Of a DNA stretch of 64,000 nt, positions 1 to 12,052 are shown one piece after another (the first letter of the stretch is position 1; every line of letters begins with the position of its first letter). The position numbers and the translations under genes are program-made. The stretch is from Vermamoeba vermiformis (taxonomy: Eukaryota). The stretch is from NCBI GenBank assembly GCA_045837725.1, contig JBEWZL010000109.1, forward strand, positions 124,001 through 188,000, given 5' to 3'. A model generated the notes under the pieces. The model saw nothing but the letters and a program-made list of their open reading frames with translations. It did not search any database and was not told the origin of the DNA.

Positions 1-576
1 GAAGTACCGCACGACCATTGGCGATGAAGTGCCGATGATTATCTTGGGCGATGAAAGTCACCCTGACGGCCAAGACGACGAAATGATCCGCGTGGAGAGC
101 TCAGCCAACTTGAAGAAGAGTCTCAGTACCAAGCGTGTTGCTCCCAATGGCAGTGGACAAGATGAGCGTCCACGCATTGCAACTACAATGGGTGACGACA
201 GCGAGGACGGTACTCGCAGTGCAGACAACACGGAATCTGACTCTGAATCATCGGACTCGTCTGATCGCCCTAAGAAAAAGAAGAATGCCGTGAGTGGCAC
301 GAGCAGTCCAGCGCAGAGTCCTACAGGCCGTGGCGGGTAAGTTCATCTTCATGACCTGTATGAGCGCAACTGCTAACATTCATCAGCAAAAATCGCAGTC
401 AAAGCACTATGGACCCTCCTGGCAATCGCCCCACTGCAGACGCCAAGTTAAGGACATCAGACACCGTTAGTCCTCGAGAAAAGAACAATAACAATAACAC
501 GAACTCCATCACCGACGACACGAAGCAAGATGTGCCCAGCATAGTGATCGACTCTGAGAATAAAACTGACAACTAA
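1..576 (+). CDS. 3' end of a gene entering from the left; acidic/Ser-rich low-complexity C-terminus, product unknown
   Basis: Open frame from the window edge; GT-AG intron 337-386 (gtaagt...gctaac...cag); stop TAA at 574-576. Confidence 0.6.
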
Positions 577-634
577 ACAGTTGTTTTCAAATCAAAGTCA
601 GCGATGTACAGCTTAAAATACAATTTTTATTGGG

Positions 635-2172
635 TTAGAACGGGAATATTTCGGCGTTGAGTGTCTCAGCTTTGTAGCCCTCATCAGTGGCGGGATCATA
701 CGGCCCGACAACCATTATAGCACACGTGGCGTGATCAGGCTTGCCAGGGAACAGTGCGTTGTCTGACGGCAATCGTTGTGTCGGGTGTTGTTCCATCCAC
801 TCGCGACTCTTGGCTGTGGCTTCAAAGGCCGAGTTGATGAACTTCTTGGAGAGGTGCATGGGAGTAATGTGATTGGGGTTCTGATTGACGAGCTGTGTGA
901 GGCACTGTTCCATGTACTTCTGCTTGGCCTTGTCGCGCACATCTGACGGCACTTGTTCCCACTTCTCCTCTTGCAGTCCGATCTCTGTAGGCTTCTTGCC
1001 CATGGTGCACGGGTCAAAGTTGTCGTGCACACCGTCTGTCATGATCAACAACAAGTCACCCTAGTGCATGCACTGTTAGACCGAGCGAATTAATGGTGCC
1101 TGTGCTCTTCCTACCTCCTCGCAGCCCACGAATGAAAATCTCAAATTGCGCAAGTCAGGGTCGTTTTGACCAACTTGCGGACCTGTCCTAGTGTTAGCTT
1201 GAATGAAACACAACTGCGCGTGACTCACCAATGCGACCACCAGGATCTGACGCGTCGTCTGTGCCTCTGTTGCCAGCTGTAATGTCAATCACTGCGCGTG
1301 TTCGCTTCGTGTACAAAAATGCCTTGCAATCACCAATGTTGACGAGTACAATGCCGAAGGGTGTCGGGGCTGCGCAATTCACGAGCGAGTCAGTAAAGTC
1401 CTCTGTTTGACACGTGTCACCTACCTTTATCTAACTGCACAATTACACCGCCGACAAGTGTCGTGGTGCCAATGCGATTGAATCTAAACAGTGCCGTGTT
1501 AGTGAGGGCCATGAGTATTGTCTTATCACGTACTTCTCTCGCGCTGCTCCATCGAGAATCTCTTGATGCGCGACAGCAAGGGCAGTGACAAACACTTGCG
1601 CGCAGTCCTTGACTGTCTTCATGTCTGTCGGACAAAGTGTCGTTAAATTAGTAAAGATGAGAATTGTAATCTTGTTAGAGTGCTAATAATATTTTAAATG
1701 ATAATTTATTGCAATATATTTTTAAGCGCAATTTTTAAAAGATATCGCAACGGATCACCTTCATAAATTTTATTCATTAGTTACCTGAAGTCTTGTTGCT
1801 TAAAAATTGTGTAAATGCATCGCGTGCATGTGCTGCTGCACCTTTAACATGAGTTCCCCATCCACAGCCGTCACAAATGCAGAACAAAGTCGCGTTTGAA
1901 AGCGTGTGAATGCGATAAGAATCGCAAATAGGATCTCCTTCACGTCTACAACTCTCTACATCGAGTGGATACGTCGTCGTTGTACGTCCAAACGCGTGAG
2001 AGAAGGGGATGTCAGGAAATTCTTCGTCGTAGGGTCCACTCAAGCGTACTACTGGACTTGATTGTATTTTCTTAATTTTATATGTTGGTAGATTATTAAG
2101 CAGTCCTTTTTCTTGGACCCACTCGTGAATAAGCGTATTTTTCGGTGCCTTTTGTTTCTTGTTCTTCTCCAT
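635..2172 (-). CDS. PP2C-like (PPM-type phosphatase) domain protein, CG9801-like; multi-exon, 5' end uncertain
   Basis: Motifs ICDGCGWG, GTTTLVGG, NIGDCKAF, DPGGRIG, MTDGVHDNFDP and GKPDHAT across GT-AG-linked exons. Confidence 0.75.
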
Positions 2173-2472
2173 CTCGCTCCTTTCGCCTAATAAAGTCTGC
2201 TAATAATACTCCGCTATATATACAAATAATATTCTAAAATATGCCGAGACTTGTGGCGTTAATAAGCGGCGAGGTCGAAAATGACGTTAAACTCGCCGAA
2301 AAAAAATAAGGTTTACACCTGCACGAGTAAACACTTAAAATAACGAATTGTAGTGCTTCTATAGACAAACATTACTGTAAAATATTATTTATTACAAAGT
2401 ATATACTATTTTTGGTTTTTGTATTTAATGGTTCTCGCAGTTTCGCTTGATGCAGTCAAGCAATCGAGTTTT

Positions 2473-2917
2473 CTATCCACCAACAATGATTTGGTTGATG
2501 GGAATGAAGATGAGCTTAATAAAGAAGCCAATGAAGCCCATAATAGCAAATCCGATCAAACTGGCGGTAGCAATCTTGACAAACTCTGAACAAAATTAAA
2601 TATTAGCAATGTAATAACCAATACATTACATTCAATCTAAACAATAGTGTGCAATTGGTTTACTATCATTGTATGAAAGGTGGCTGAGATATTTTTTTCA
2701 ATTTTTTTTGGATTAATTTTTAATTGCTTTGAAAGCGTGTAATTAGCATATTAATACTTTTAATAATATTAATTGCACGTATAATTAAATAATCAGCATA
2801 AAGCGGGCAATTTAACCTACCCTTTCGGTCGGGCTTGTTGCATTTGCGAAGCAACTTAACACTGTCGTCAGCAAACTTAACAAGAGGCTTGCCCACGCTT
2901 TCAATGGCCTTGTCCAT
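2473..2917 (-). CDS. SEC61G: Protein translocon subunit Sec61 gamma; exons 2917-2821 and 2585-2473
   Basis: CNKPDRKEF...[26 protein letters not shown] signature; phase-1 GT-AG intron. Confidence 0.97.
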
Positions 2918-3153
2918 CTTCTGTGGTATGTTTTGTGTAATAAATGAATAAAACCTTCGCGTTGGAAAAATTCGTGTTGACAATGCGAAAGACAAATGTT
3001 TGACCAAGATCTGACCGAATGACACAGCAGTCGGGTACGGCCAACAAGAGTAATCGATAAACCGCACAAAAAAAAGGCAAAAAATGCTACCGTAGAGTGA
3101 AAAATATTGGGTTTATGAAAGCTACTAACAGATACGAAAATTTCATCTCGAGG

Positions 3154-5138
3154 TCAAAGGCACTCCTCTTTGTAATTAGACTTGAAGATCCACTCAGCGT
3201 TCGAGCACACCGACAGAAGCAATACGGTGTTATGGATCATCTTCGCAGGGAACTTGCAGAACTCCTCCTGCATCAAGTCCGCCACATCTTGACTAGGGAC
3301 AGACAGCGTGCAAAATCTGCTTCTTCCAAGCGTGTTGCTTCAATACATTCTGCGTGGACATGAGCACTCCAAACAGTTTCTTGTGCAACAACTTCTGAGC
3401 ATCGTCGCGGTCGTACTCGCCGCTGTGCTTGAAAGCGCGCGTAACACTGACGCCGATCACTTGGTCCCACAACTTGCAGCTGTAGTCCGTGATCTTGGAG
3501 CCGTGGGGCCAGTACTCAATCTCCATCTCTGTCTTTTCGAGCTTTGCATTGAAAGCACGTTGCAAGATCTCAAGTGAGAGGGCCTCACTGAACACGCTAG
3601 TGCCTCCAGCATTGGGCAAGTCAATCATCTTCTTGGCATCGCTGCTCCACGACATGCCTGAAGTGTGATTTGCGCGCAATGAGACCTTGTGACGCAGACA
3701 AGCGGGTCTGTCCATGTCATTCACAGCCTTGCAGAGCTGGAAGTACTGAGCCGCAGGGTACGACACGATCATATCGCCACCCAACACGTGTGAGCTCGTG
3801 GTGTTGTCAGAACTCACGCCGTGCACGCCAATGATGTTCGAGGCCAGCGATTGGTCTTCAGCTGCAAACTCGAATATCTCGCGCATCTTGCGACTCTTCT
3901 TGGACTGCTTCTTGCTCGCGTAACTTCTCTTTTTCTTCTTTTGCGACTCGTGGTCGATGCATTTCAAATTGTACCACAAGCCATTCCGAAGCTGCCACTC
4001 GGTCAAATTAAGCGGCAATTGGTGCTCCGAGAAGATTGAGAGTATTAAGAGGATTAAGGAGATTATTGTGTGCGGCACCAAAGGTGAACTGACCAGCACC
4101 GCAAACATTGCATTCCTTATCTTGATGCCAACTCTTCTTTTGGCCCCACTTGGAAATCTTAAATTTGCGCTTAAAAAGTTTAAGATGTCCCTCTTCACCG
4201 AGAACAACGGCTCGTCCTCCAATCTGTTGAGACTGCCCTTCTTGAACGCCTTGTGACTGTTGCTCCACGTGATGAACCGGCACACCAACGACAACATGAA
4301 CTCGCGGCCGTTGAACGGGATAAAGCTGACAATAGGGGGGTACAAAGCAAGGTGAAGTGGTGCAGGTTGAAGTCGTGCGAGTGCATTGTCTACCACCACA
4401 ACCATAGCGCGTCCTCTCCTCCTCACGTATCTCTGTGGATCTTTCAAACCACGACATTGGTTCTCCACGCATAAGACGCTGGAAGGCAATAATAATCGCT
4501 GGAATAATTGGTGCTGGAGGCGCGGCTGGAGCGGCAGCGGCATTTTCATTAGTGGGAAAATGTGACGAGGAGGCTTGGAGAGAGAGAAGACGGCGCGAGA
4601 GGCATAGTAGATCTCGATCCGACAGTCGATCATCCAGATCACAGCGATCAAAATACAACGGCTTGGACGAGGCAGGGGTGGTGGAGTGGAGCAGGGCCCA
4701 CATCTGGCTGGCGGAGATGGGGCGAGCGAGGGCGTCCAAAATCGAGAAGAGGAGAGTGGAGACGATGAGTTGAGCGTCCATTAGCTCACGAGTGAGGACC
4801 AAGAGGCCATTGACCATCGACAGAGACCTACAAGCGCGAATTAGTTTTGAGACGGATGAAGGAATTTGACCAATCGCGTACTTGTCTGCTTGCACCGGGG
4901 ACTCAGAAGGGATCGAGATTCTTTCAACAGTAAGGCAGGCTGGTAACTATATCATGGATTAGTGATTAATTCAATAAAATAATCCGGACGACCTTTGGAT
5001 AAAATTAGAAAAACGAATAAATACGATAAATTTGAATAAAGACTAGCATAATTTTCTTACCCGAATACTGTTTGACTTCATGAAAGTAGGCAAAGATAAA
5101 GAAGACGAAGATAAAGCGCAAGACAACAAAGAGTTCAT
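3154..5138 (-). CDS. AAC4-family protein (like Dictyostelium AAC-rich mRNA clone AAC4) with long N-terminal extension; +1 frame break at ~3295
   Basis: NAGGTSVFSEALS, KTEMEIEY, KITDY, IGVSVTRA, WKKQILH; tail NTVLLLSVCSNAEWIF lies in the next frame; 5' exons linked by canonical introns. Confidence 0.7.
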
Positions 5139-5467
5139 GGTGGTTGATAGATTTGAGGAATTTGAATGAGTGTGTTGAGTGTTGAGTGAGTTAAAAACTC
5201 GAAATTGTTGTATTGCGTTGAAAGTGGGAGTGAGTTGTTGTGATTGTGATAAATAAGTCACGAAAAATAGCGACCGCTGAAAGTTGAGAAATTGAGCAGA
5301 AAACAGATCGGTGAGAAATCTCGTAATTCTTTGCACCTCAGCACAATTGTCGAGGTAACATTCTGAAGCTAGTAAAAAAGATGTAGCACTTAAGGAGGTA
5401 TATATGCCGCACTTTTAGAAATACTTGAAAAATCTTCCCTCGCAAAATTTTTTGACACGCGAAACAG

Positions 5468-6989
5468 ATGAGCACAAACAAAAAGCGAAAGAGAACCGAA
5501 GATGATTCAGATGATTCGGAGGATTATCCTAAAAAGAAGGTAGTCAAAAGGTCTGCAGATCAAACACTTCGCGCAAAACCCAAGATCGAGACCGATCCAG
5601 TTGTCGAAGAGACACCCTACGAAAGGGCCAAAAAAGCCCTTCATTTATCATATGCTCCTCACGAGCTTTTGGGTAGAGAAAAGGAGAAAGAAGACATAAC
5701 AATATTTTTAAAAAATAAATTGGATCCAAAAACGCGGGAAAAAGCTGCTTCATCCCTCTACATATCTGGCCCTCCGGGGACTGGCAAGACCCAATTAACG
5801 ACGAAGATTTGCAGCGAAATTAAATCATGGGTAAGTTCTCGAACATCACTTATTAAATAATTGATGCTGACGATAATTTCTAGAAAATTAAACAACCTTT
5901 CCGCGTTATTGTCATAAACTGCATGAAATTTGATACTACAGAAACTATATTCACTGAAATATTACACCAAATTGATGGCTCGCGAAAGACAACTAAACGC
6001 GCGATGGCTATTCTCGAAGAGCTATTCAGAGAAGACACTCACATGACGTAAATATCTCGGCAATGCACTGTATTATTACGTACTAACATTTTATTCAGAG
6101 TCCTCGTCCTGGACGAAATCGATCAATTAGTAAAGCAAGATCCAACAGTGTTGTACCAACTGTTTGAGTGGCCGAGTCTGCCCGATTCCAAATTGATCCT
6201 GATTGGTATCGCTAACGCACTAGACATGACCGAACGTTTACTTCCGCGCCTGAGGTCAAAGGGTCGTAAGTACCGCCGATAACCGAGTGTAATAACTAAT
6301 GCCATTCAGTTGAACCGCAACTGATCCACTTTACACCGTACAAGACCGAACAAATCACGAACATTGTCAAACAGAGATTGGGCGACCTAACAACAACGCT
6401 ATTTGGTCCGCGTACAATTGAGCTCGTTGCGAGAAAAGTAGAGTCCGTTTCAGGAGATTTGCGTAAAGTTCTGGACATTTGCAAGTAAGATCACTTGTGA
6501 TAAACGGCCAATCATGTGCTAATATGTGACAGCAATGCCGTGGCCATAGCCGAGAAGCAACATCGTCGAACAAAAGCTGCAGAGCTGACGCAAGTTCGCA
6601 TCGAACATGTCAAACAAGTCATGGACCGCGTGTTGGGCTCACCAATTGTCAATGTCGTTAAAGGCCTGCCCATGCACCAGAAGTTTGCCCTGTGCGGTGC
6701 GGTATTGGCTAACAGAGCCAATAAGAATGCAAAGATGTCTGACTTGTGGGACCGTTACTCGAGTTTATTGAAGTCCAACAACCTGAAAGGCGTGCTCACC
6801 TCGGAGTTTTACGAGATGTGCAAGGACTTGATGTCATATTCGCTCATCTCTATTGAAGGCAAGAACAAAGACGAGCGAATGAAAACGGTGCGATTGACAG
6901 TCAACGAAAACGACGTGGTTTTTGCGCTGAAAGAAGACGCTTTCTTAGGAGAGGTACTCGGCACTAATAACGATAATCTTAATTCCTAG
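5468..6989 (+). CDS. CDC6: Replication licensing AAA+ ATPase Cdc6; 5 exons
   Basis: AKKALH, LLGREKE, Walker A YISGPPGTGKT, Walker B LVLDEIDQL, IGIANALDMTERLLPRL, SGDLRK, C-terminal winged helix. Confidence 0.95.
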
Positions 6990-7103
6990 ACAGCGTGTAA
7001 CTGTAATATAAAATTTTATTTTCGGCTTTTTGCTTCATTTTTCAGGGCAGTTTAAAGTAGAACAAGAACAAGACAAGCGAAGTGACTTTGTGTACTTATT
7101 CGT

Positions 7104-8687
7104 ATGGAGCGCCAGACTGTTAGGGTACGTTAAAAAGTTGCTCTAATTACTTAGCTAACCAAATAAAAGATCGCGATCGAAGGCTGCGCTCATGGCGACC
7201 TCGATAAGATATACGATGCAATTGCATACACAGAAAAAATCAATGATTTTAAAGTGGATTTACTAATCTGTTGTGGTGACTTTGAGGTAAGAGATCTGAC
7301 TTTCCAATTTAATTAGTAAAAATTTGGTTGGGGAATATCGAATAATTAATCCCAGGACATAATTGTGGCATATATATACATTTTATTAAAAATACTAAAC
7401 AGGCTATTCGAAACGAAGAAGATCTGGAGTCGATGGCAGTCCCACCCAAGTTCAAAATGATGGGCGACTTTTACAAATATTATTCGGGTGAAAAAGTGGC
7501 CCCAGTATTAACAATATTCGTTGGTGGCAATCATGAAGGTTCGAATTACCTTGTGGAATTGTAAGTACTTTTCTGTTGGTGCTTGTTACTCATTAAGCTC
7601 AGGCCATATGGTGGATGGGTAGCGCCTAATATTTATTATATGGGTCACTGCAATGTACTCAACTATCGAGGACTACGCATATGCGGCATGTCTGGCATAT
7701 ACGGAAACAACGACGAACACTACAAGTGGGGTACGTGCAGTTGCAATTACGTGACGTAAAATTAACCTTCATTAAGGCCACTTCGAGAAAGCTCCGTTCA
7801 ATCAATCTACTATGCGCAGCGTGTATCATATGCGCGAGATTGATGCATTCAAAGTGCGATTAGTAAAACAACCTATTGACATATTCATCTCTCACGATTG
7901 GCCTCGTAACGTCACTGATTATGGCAATATCGATCAATTGCTGCGTGTAAAATCATTTTTTGAACGAGAAGTAAGTGCAGCATAAGAGACATCGAACTGT
8001 ATGACTGACTGTAAAACAGATCCGTGAAAGATCATTAGGCAATCCAGCCACCGAGACCATACTGCACGAGCTACAGCCAGCCTATTGGTTCTCAGCACAC
8101 TTGCACGTCAAGTTCCCAGCATTGGTCAAGCATCAATCGGGACGAACAACAAAGTTTTTAGCGCTCGACAAGTGCTTGCCTCGTCGTGACTTCCTTCAGG
8201 TATGCATCACCACCTAGCGATAAATCATCTAACACCACGACAGGTCTTGGAATTTGAAACAGCCAACAGAGATCAAAAATTGTCCTTTGATCGTGAATGG
8301 CTGTCAATCCTCAAGTCCACACACCTGTTTGACACCCCTCGCAAAATCCTATTGTTCGATATACCGAACCCCAAGTATGCTTTAATATCATAGTCTTATG
8401 CAAAACTAAGCGATTTTAGGGAGTACGTGATTGATGATAAAGACAAAAAAGCAGTGGAAGAGGCATTGACCAAGCACGGAGACGTCGTTCCCGATAACTT
8501 TGTGCGCACTGCTCCTGCGTACCAACATCAAGTGCAGTTTCAACCTGCACCTATTAATCCACAAGTCACAGCACTGTTGAGTATGATTGGTGTAGCGACA
8601 CCTGAATCCGCAGTACAAACTGCACCCAATACGCAGCCACAAGCGGTGCCTGTACCAAATCCAGAAGAGATTCAGCTAGACTTGTAA
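7104..8687 (+). CDS. DBR1: RNA lariat debranching enzyme
   Basis: [59 protein letters not shown] and NPEEI tail. Confidence 0.96.
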
Positions 8688-8967
8688 TACGATGTTAATG
8701 TATATAGCATTCCGGTTCAACTTGTAAATTAAATGAACGTACAAAAAGCGATTGTCTAAACAGATAGGGTCGGTTTGTAAAAGCGACAGACAAGTCTTAA
8801 ATTCATATGTGTTTGTTCTTTTGATAGCACGCCACTAGGCTATCATAGCAGTTACAGTGATTTTTGTTAGTCTGGGAAATCTCATTTGCGAGATTAAAAT
8901 TAAGCCGCTCGAAAAGGGGAGTTAGTAGTACTTGTTTAAACTTAGAGCCACCAGAGGACCCTTACAA

Positions 8968-11711
8968 ATGGCGACTGTTAAGAGAGCTATAGCCCTGGAG
9001 GATTTCGCGGCCGTAAAGGACGTAGAATTAGCCTTCAAAAAGGGAGATGTAATACAATTTATCATCTCGGATGAGGAGAGCGGTTGGGCGAAAGGCGAGA
9101 AAGATGGAAAACTTGGATGGTTCCCTCGAACATTTATTAGAATTTTGGAGGGCACTGAACTTGAACAGAAGTTGGAGGAAAAGGTAAGCAGATTAAATAA
9201 AAAATTAAACTTAATTCAAAAATATTCAAACCAATTTAGTTTCGCAATAAAATCATCAAAATGAATTTTATATACGATGTATTAATCAATTACTCATCTA
9301 ATTCCATTTAGGGTAAGTTGTGACGATCGAGCAAAACAACAGTTGGATTTCACAAGCAGCGTAATTTCGAATTGTTATCTGTTGCTAACTTGCATGTAAA
9401 TTAGTGAAAGAAATGGAGACGCAAGAAACTGAGCTGAAAGTTAAAGAAGACGCGCTTAGGCAGCAATTGGAAGATGTAACCAACCAACTCAAAGAGTTAG
9501 CCAGACGAAAGAGACAAATACACAATGAAATTAGAGTCGCTAAGGGTACGTGATTTTTCTTTTAGCAATCTGAAAATTGGTTCAATTTGGATTTGACCGT
9601 TTGCGTAACATACATCCGAAAATTCGCTCCCAACTAGATTATTGCAGGCATTAAGCGTTATAAAAATATTTAAAATAATATTTAAATACTAGGTGGTGCT
9701 CCTGTTATCTACGAAGAAGACGAATCTGAAACTCAAGACGAGTGGATTAAACCTCTCGCTTCTCCCAAGCGACGAATTGAAGACGTAAAAGAAATCAAAG
9801 AGCTTGAAAATGGTAAATGTATGTATATTTATTAATCCGTCACATTCGAGTACCGCATACTGACCAAACAATTAGCTTCATCGACTAGCCACAAGAAATC
9901 ACCGTCAGTGGAAATTAAATTGGACAAAAAGAAATCTTCAATCAAATTGTTCTCAGGCACTGGCAAGACGAAGAAAGATGACGAAGATAAAGACAAAGAC
10001 AAAAAAGGCAAAGAAAAGCGCGATAAAGATAAAAAGGGCAAAGACAAGGCCAGCACACCCAAGAGCAGTGCTAGTCCGCGCGACGACAAGAAAAAAGATC
10101 CCAAAGAAAAGAAAAGCAAAGAGAAGGCGACCAAGAAGCACACTAAGGGTGGCGACAAAGCTAGCAATGGTAACATAACAACTCGATCGATATATTTGAA
10201 GACTAATTGTTGTTGCAGTTAAATTCGGCAGTGGCGAACAAGATGCGTTGCGCGGTCGCAGTTCAACATTCACACAGTCTGACGGCGGTGAAGGTGATAC
10301 TCCAAATAGCGACATCTCCAAGGATAAAGTGGTACGTGTGAATGACGTCCAATTACGATGTAGTTGTGGTATTAACAATTGATTTATCAGCGCGAACAAT
10401 ATTCCAACCGAAAATGGAAATCAGAAGCACATTTGGCCAAGGAACTCGAGTCCAATCCTTATCGGTTAGTTTCGATGTCATTCAAGCGATTAGACTCATT
10501 CTGACTTGCCTCGCTTTAGATTATCCAATCAAGAAGTAATTCCTGCTCCTCGTTTGCCCGGTCCTATGCCTAAAATGGAAGAAGCCAAGCCCACACTAGA
10601 CTCTCTTGTGAAGAAGGAAGATCCGACCAAATTTTACATTAATATTAAGCCAATCGGTGAAGGGTAAATATTTTCGCAATATTATTAATGATCCTGCTTA
10701 ATAACACTTTATTTAGTACTTTCGGAGAAGTATTTGTGGCTACAGACATGCGCACACTTGAAAAAGTAGCGTTGAAAAAGATGAACCTCGACGACAACTA
10801 CGAAGAGGACTTGATCACTGAAATTCAAATGATGCAAACACTGAAGCATCAAAACATTGTAGATTATATTGACGCTTACAAGTGGAAGAATGACTTGTGG
10901 GTCGTGATGGAATTCATGGGCGGCGGAAGTCTGACTGAAATCTTAGAACTGTACAAAACTCTTCAACTCACCGAGCCTCAGATTGCATTGCTCTGTTTCG
11001 AGGTACGCATTTATCACTTTAATCTATCGATGCTTGCCTTTCTAACCTACTATTCAGGCCCTTAAAGCTTTGGAATACATTCACAGTCTGCACCGCATTC
11101 ACCGCGACATTAAGAGTGACAATATTTTGTTGAATCTCAACGGCGATATTAAACTCGCTGATTTTGGATACACGGTGCAGCTGACTGAAAAGAAGAAGAA
11201 CAGAAACACCACTATTGGCACACCGTATTGGGAGGCCCCTGAAGTGATTACAGGCGAGAACTACGACACTAAAGTTGATATCTGGTCTTTGGGTATTATG
11301 GCCATGGAGATGGCTGAAGGTGAACCTCCATACATGGACTTGCCTCCTCTCGCTGTACGTAACAGAGTCAATCTTATCAATTATAGACCTTGGCGCTAAT
11401 TGTACCTACAGGCTCTGCGGTTGATTGTAGTTGACGGCATTCCTCCACTCTACGACAACAAATGGTCGCCTGAGTTCCGTGACTTTGTGTCGTGCTGCTT
11501 GAAGATTAAAGTCGACGAGCGAAACTCTGCCTCACAACTGTTGCGAGTAAGTGCTGCGAGCTCTTCGCAACTAAACATTAACTAATTGCTTGTTTCGTAG
11601 CACCCATTCATTAGCCGAGCTTGCAGCAAAGATGAGATCAAAAAGATTATCAAGGCTGTCAAGGCTGCCAAGGAAGAAGAGGAGAGCTCTGGAAGCGAAG
11701 AAAGCTCGTAA
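8968..11711 (+). CDS. SH3 + coiled-coil + Lys-rich + PAK/STE20-like Ser/Thr kinase; no CRIB domain seen
   Basis: SH3 (ALEDF...ELAFKKGD...GWAKG...GWFP); kinase [42 protein letters not shown]; the SH3-kinase fusion needs a microexon at ~9312. Confidence 0.85.
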
Positions 11712-11869
11712 CGGATTCAGTGGTCTGTTGCGAGATTGTGAGTAGTCTTATTTATTTGAGCTTCGAAAGAATATTGTAGAAATTATAAAATCATTTGTAT
11801 TGTACAATCATAAAATTCTAAAATTCCGTTTCTGTTTTGTGGAGGTGTTTGGAGCGCATTAGGCAATCA

Positions 11870-11877
11870 TCCCACAA
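11870..11877 (+). promoter_or_regulatory. DUSE-like upstream element TCCCACAA
   Basis: Matches the Dictyostelium WCCCAYAA element and starts 65 nt before the structured RNA; the same 8-mer also occurs elsewhere in the window. Confidence 0.5.
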
Positions 11878-11934
11878 CTTTATTTGGTCGCTCAATACGC
11901 AGCTGCGAAAGCAAGGGCTGCACAATTTCTTGTT

Positions 11935-12052
11935 GACCGCGGTAGCTCAATAATAGAGCACTCGTCTGCCCCTTCGGGGGTCACATCAAGAAGATGAAGG
12001 TTTGTCCGGGTTGTATCGCGAGTGGATGCGAGCGTAATTCTCGCCTGCGGTC
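11935..12052 (+). ncRNA. tRNA-like RNA: cloverleaf, GCC at the anticodon position, ~45-nt anticodon-loop insert, non-canonical D and T loops
   Basis: Acceptor G-ACCGCGG/CTGCGGT-C; D arm GCTC-AATAATA-GAGC; anticodon stem CTCGT/GCGAG; variable loop TGGAT; T arm GCGAG-CGTAATT-CTCGC; followed by a T-run. Confidence 0.8.

Noticed and set aside
4008-4651. Apparent ~640-nt dual-coding overlap or second frameshift in the AAC4-like gene
   Set aside because: A plausible 82-nt gtgagc...cgccag intron near 4710-4790 moves the frame canonically, and codon bias supports only one frame downstream.
11935-12052. Calling the RNA a standard tRNA-Gly, -His, -Tyr or -Sec
   Set aside because: Identity elements conflict: GCC anticodon with A1:T72 and G-1:C73, no purine at 37, no long variable arm and no TCA anticodon.
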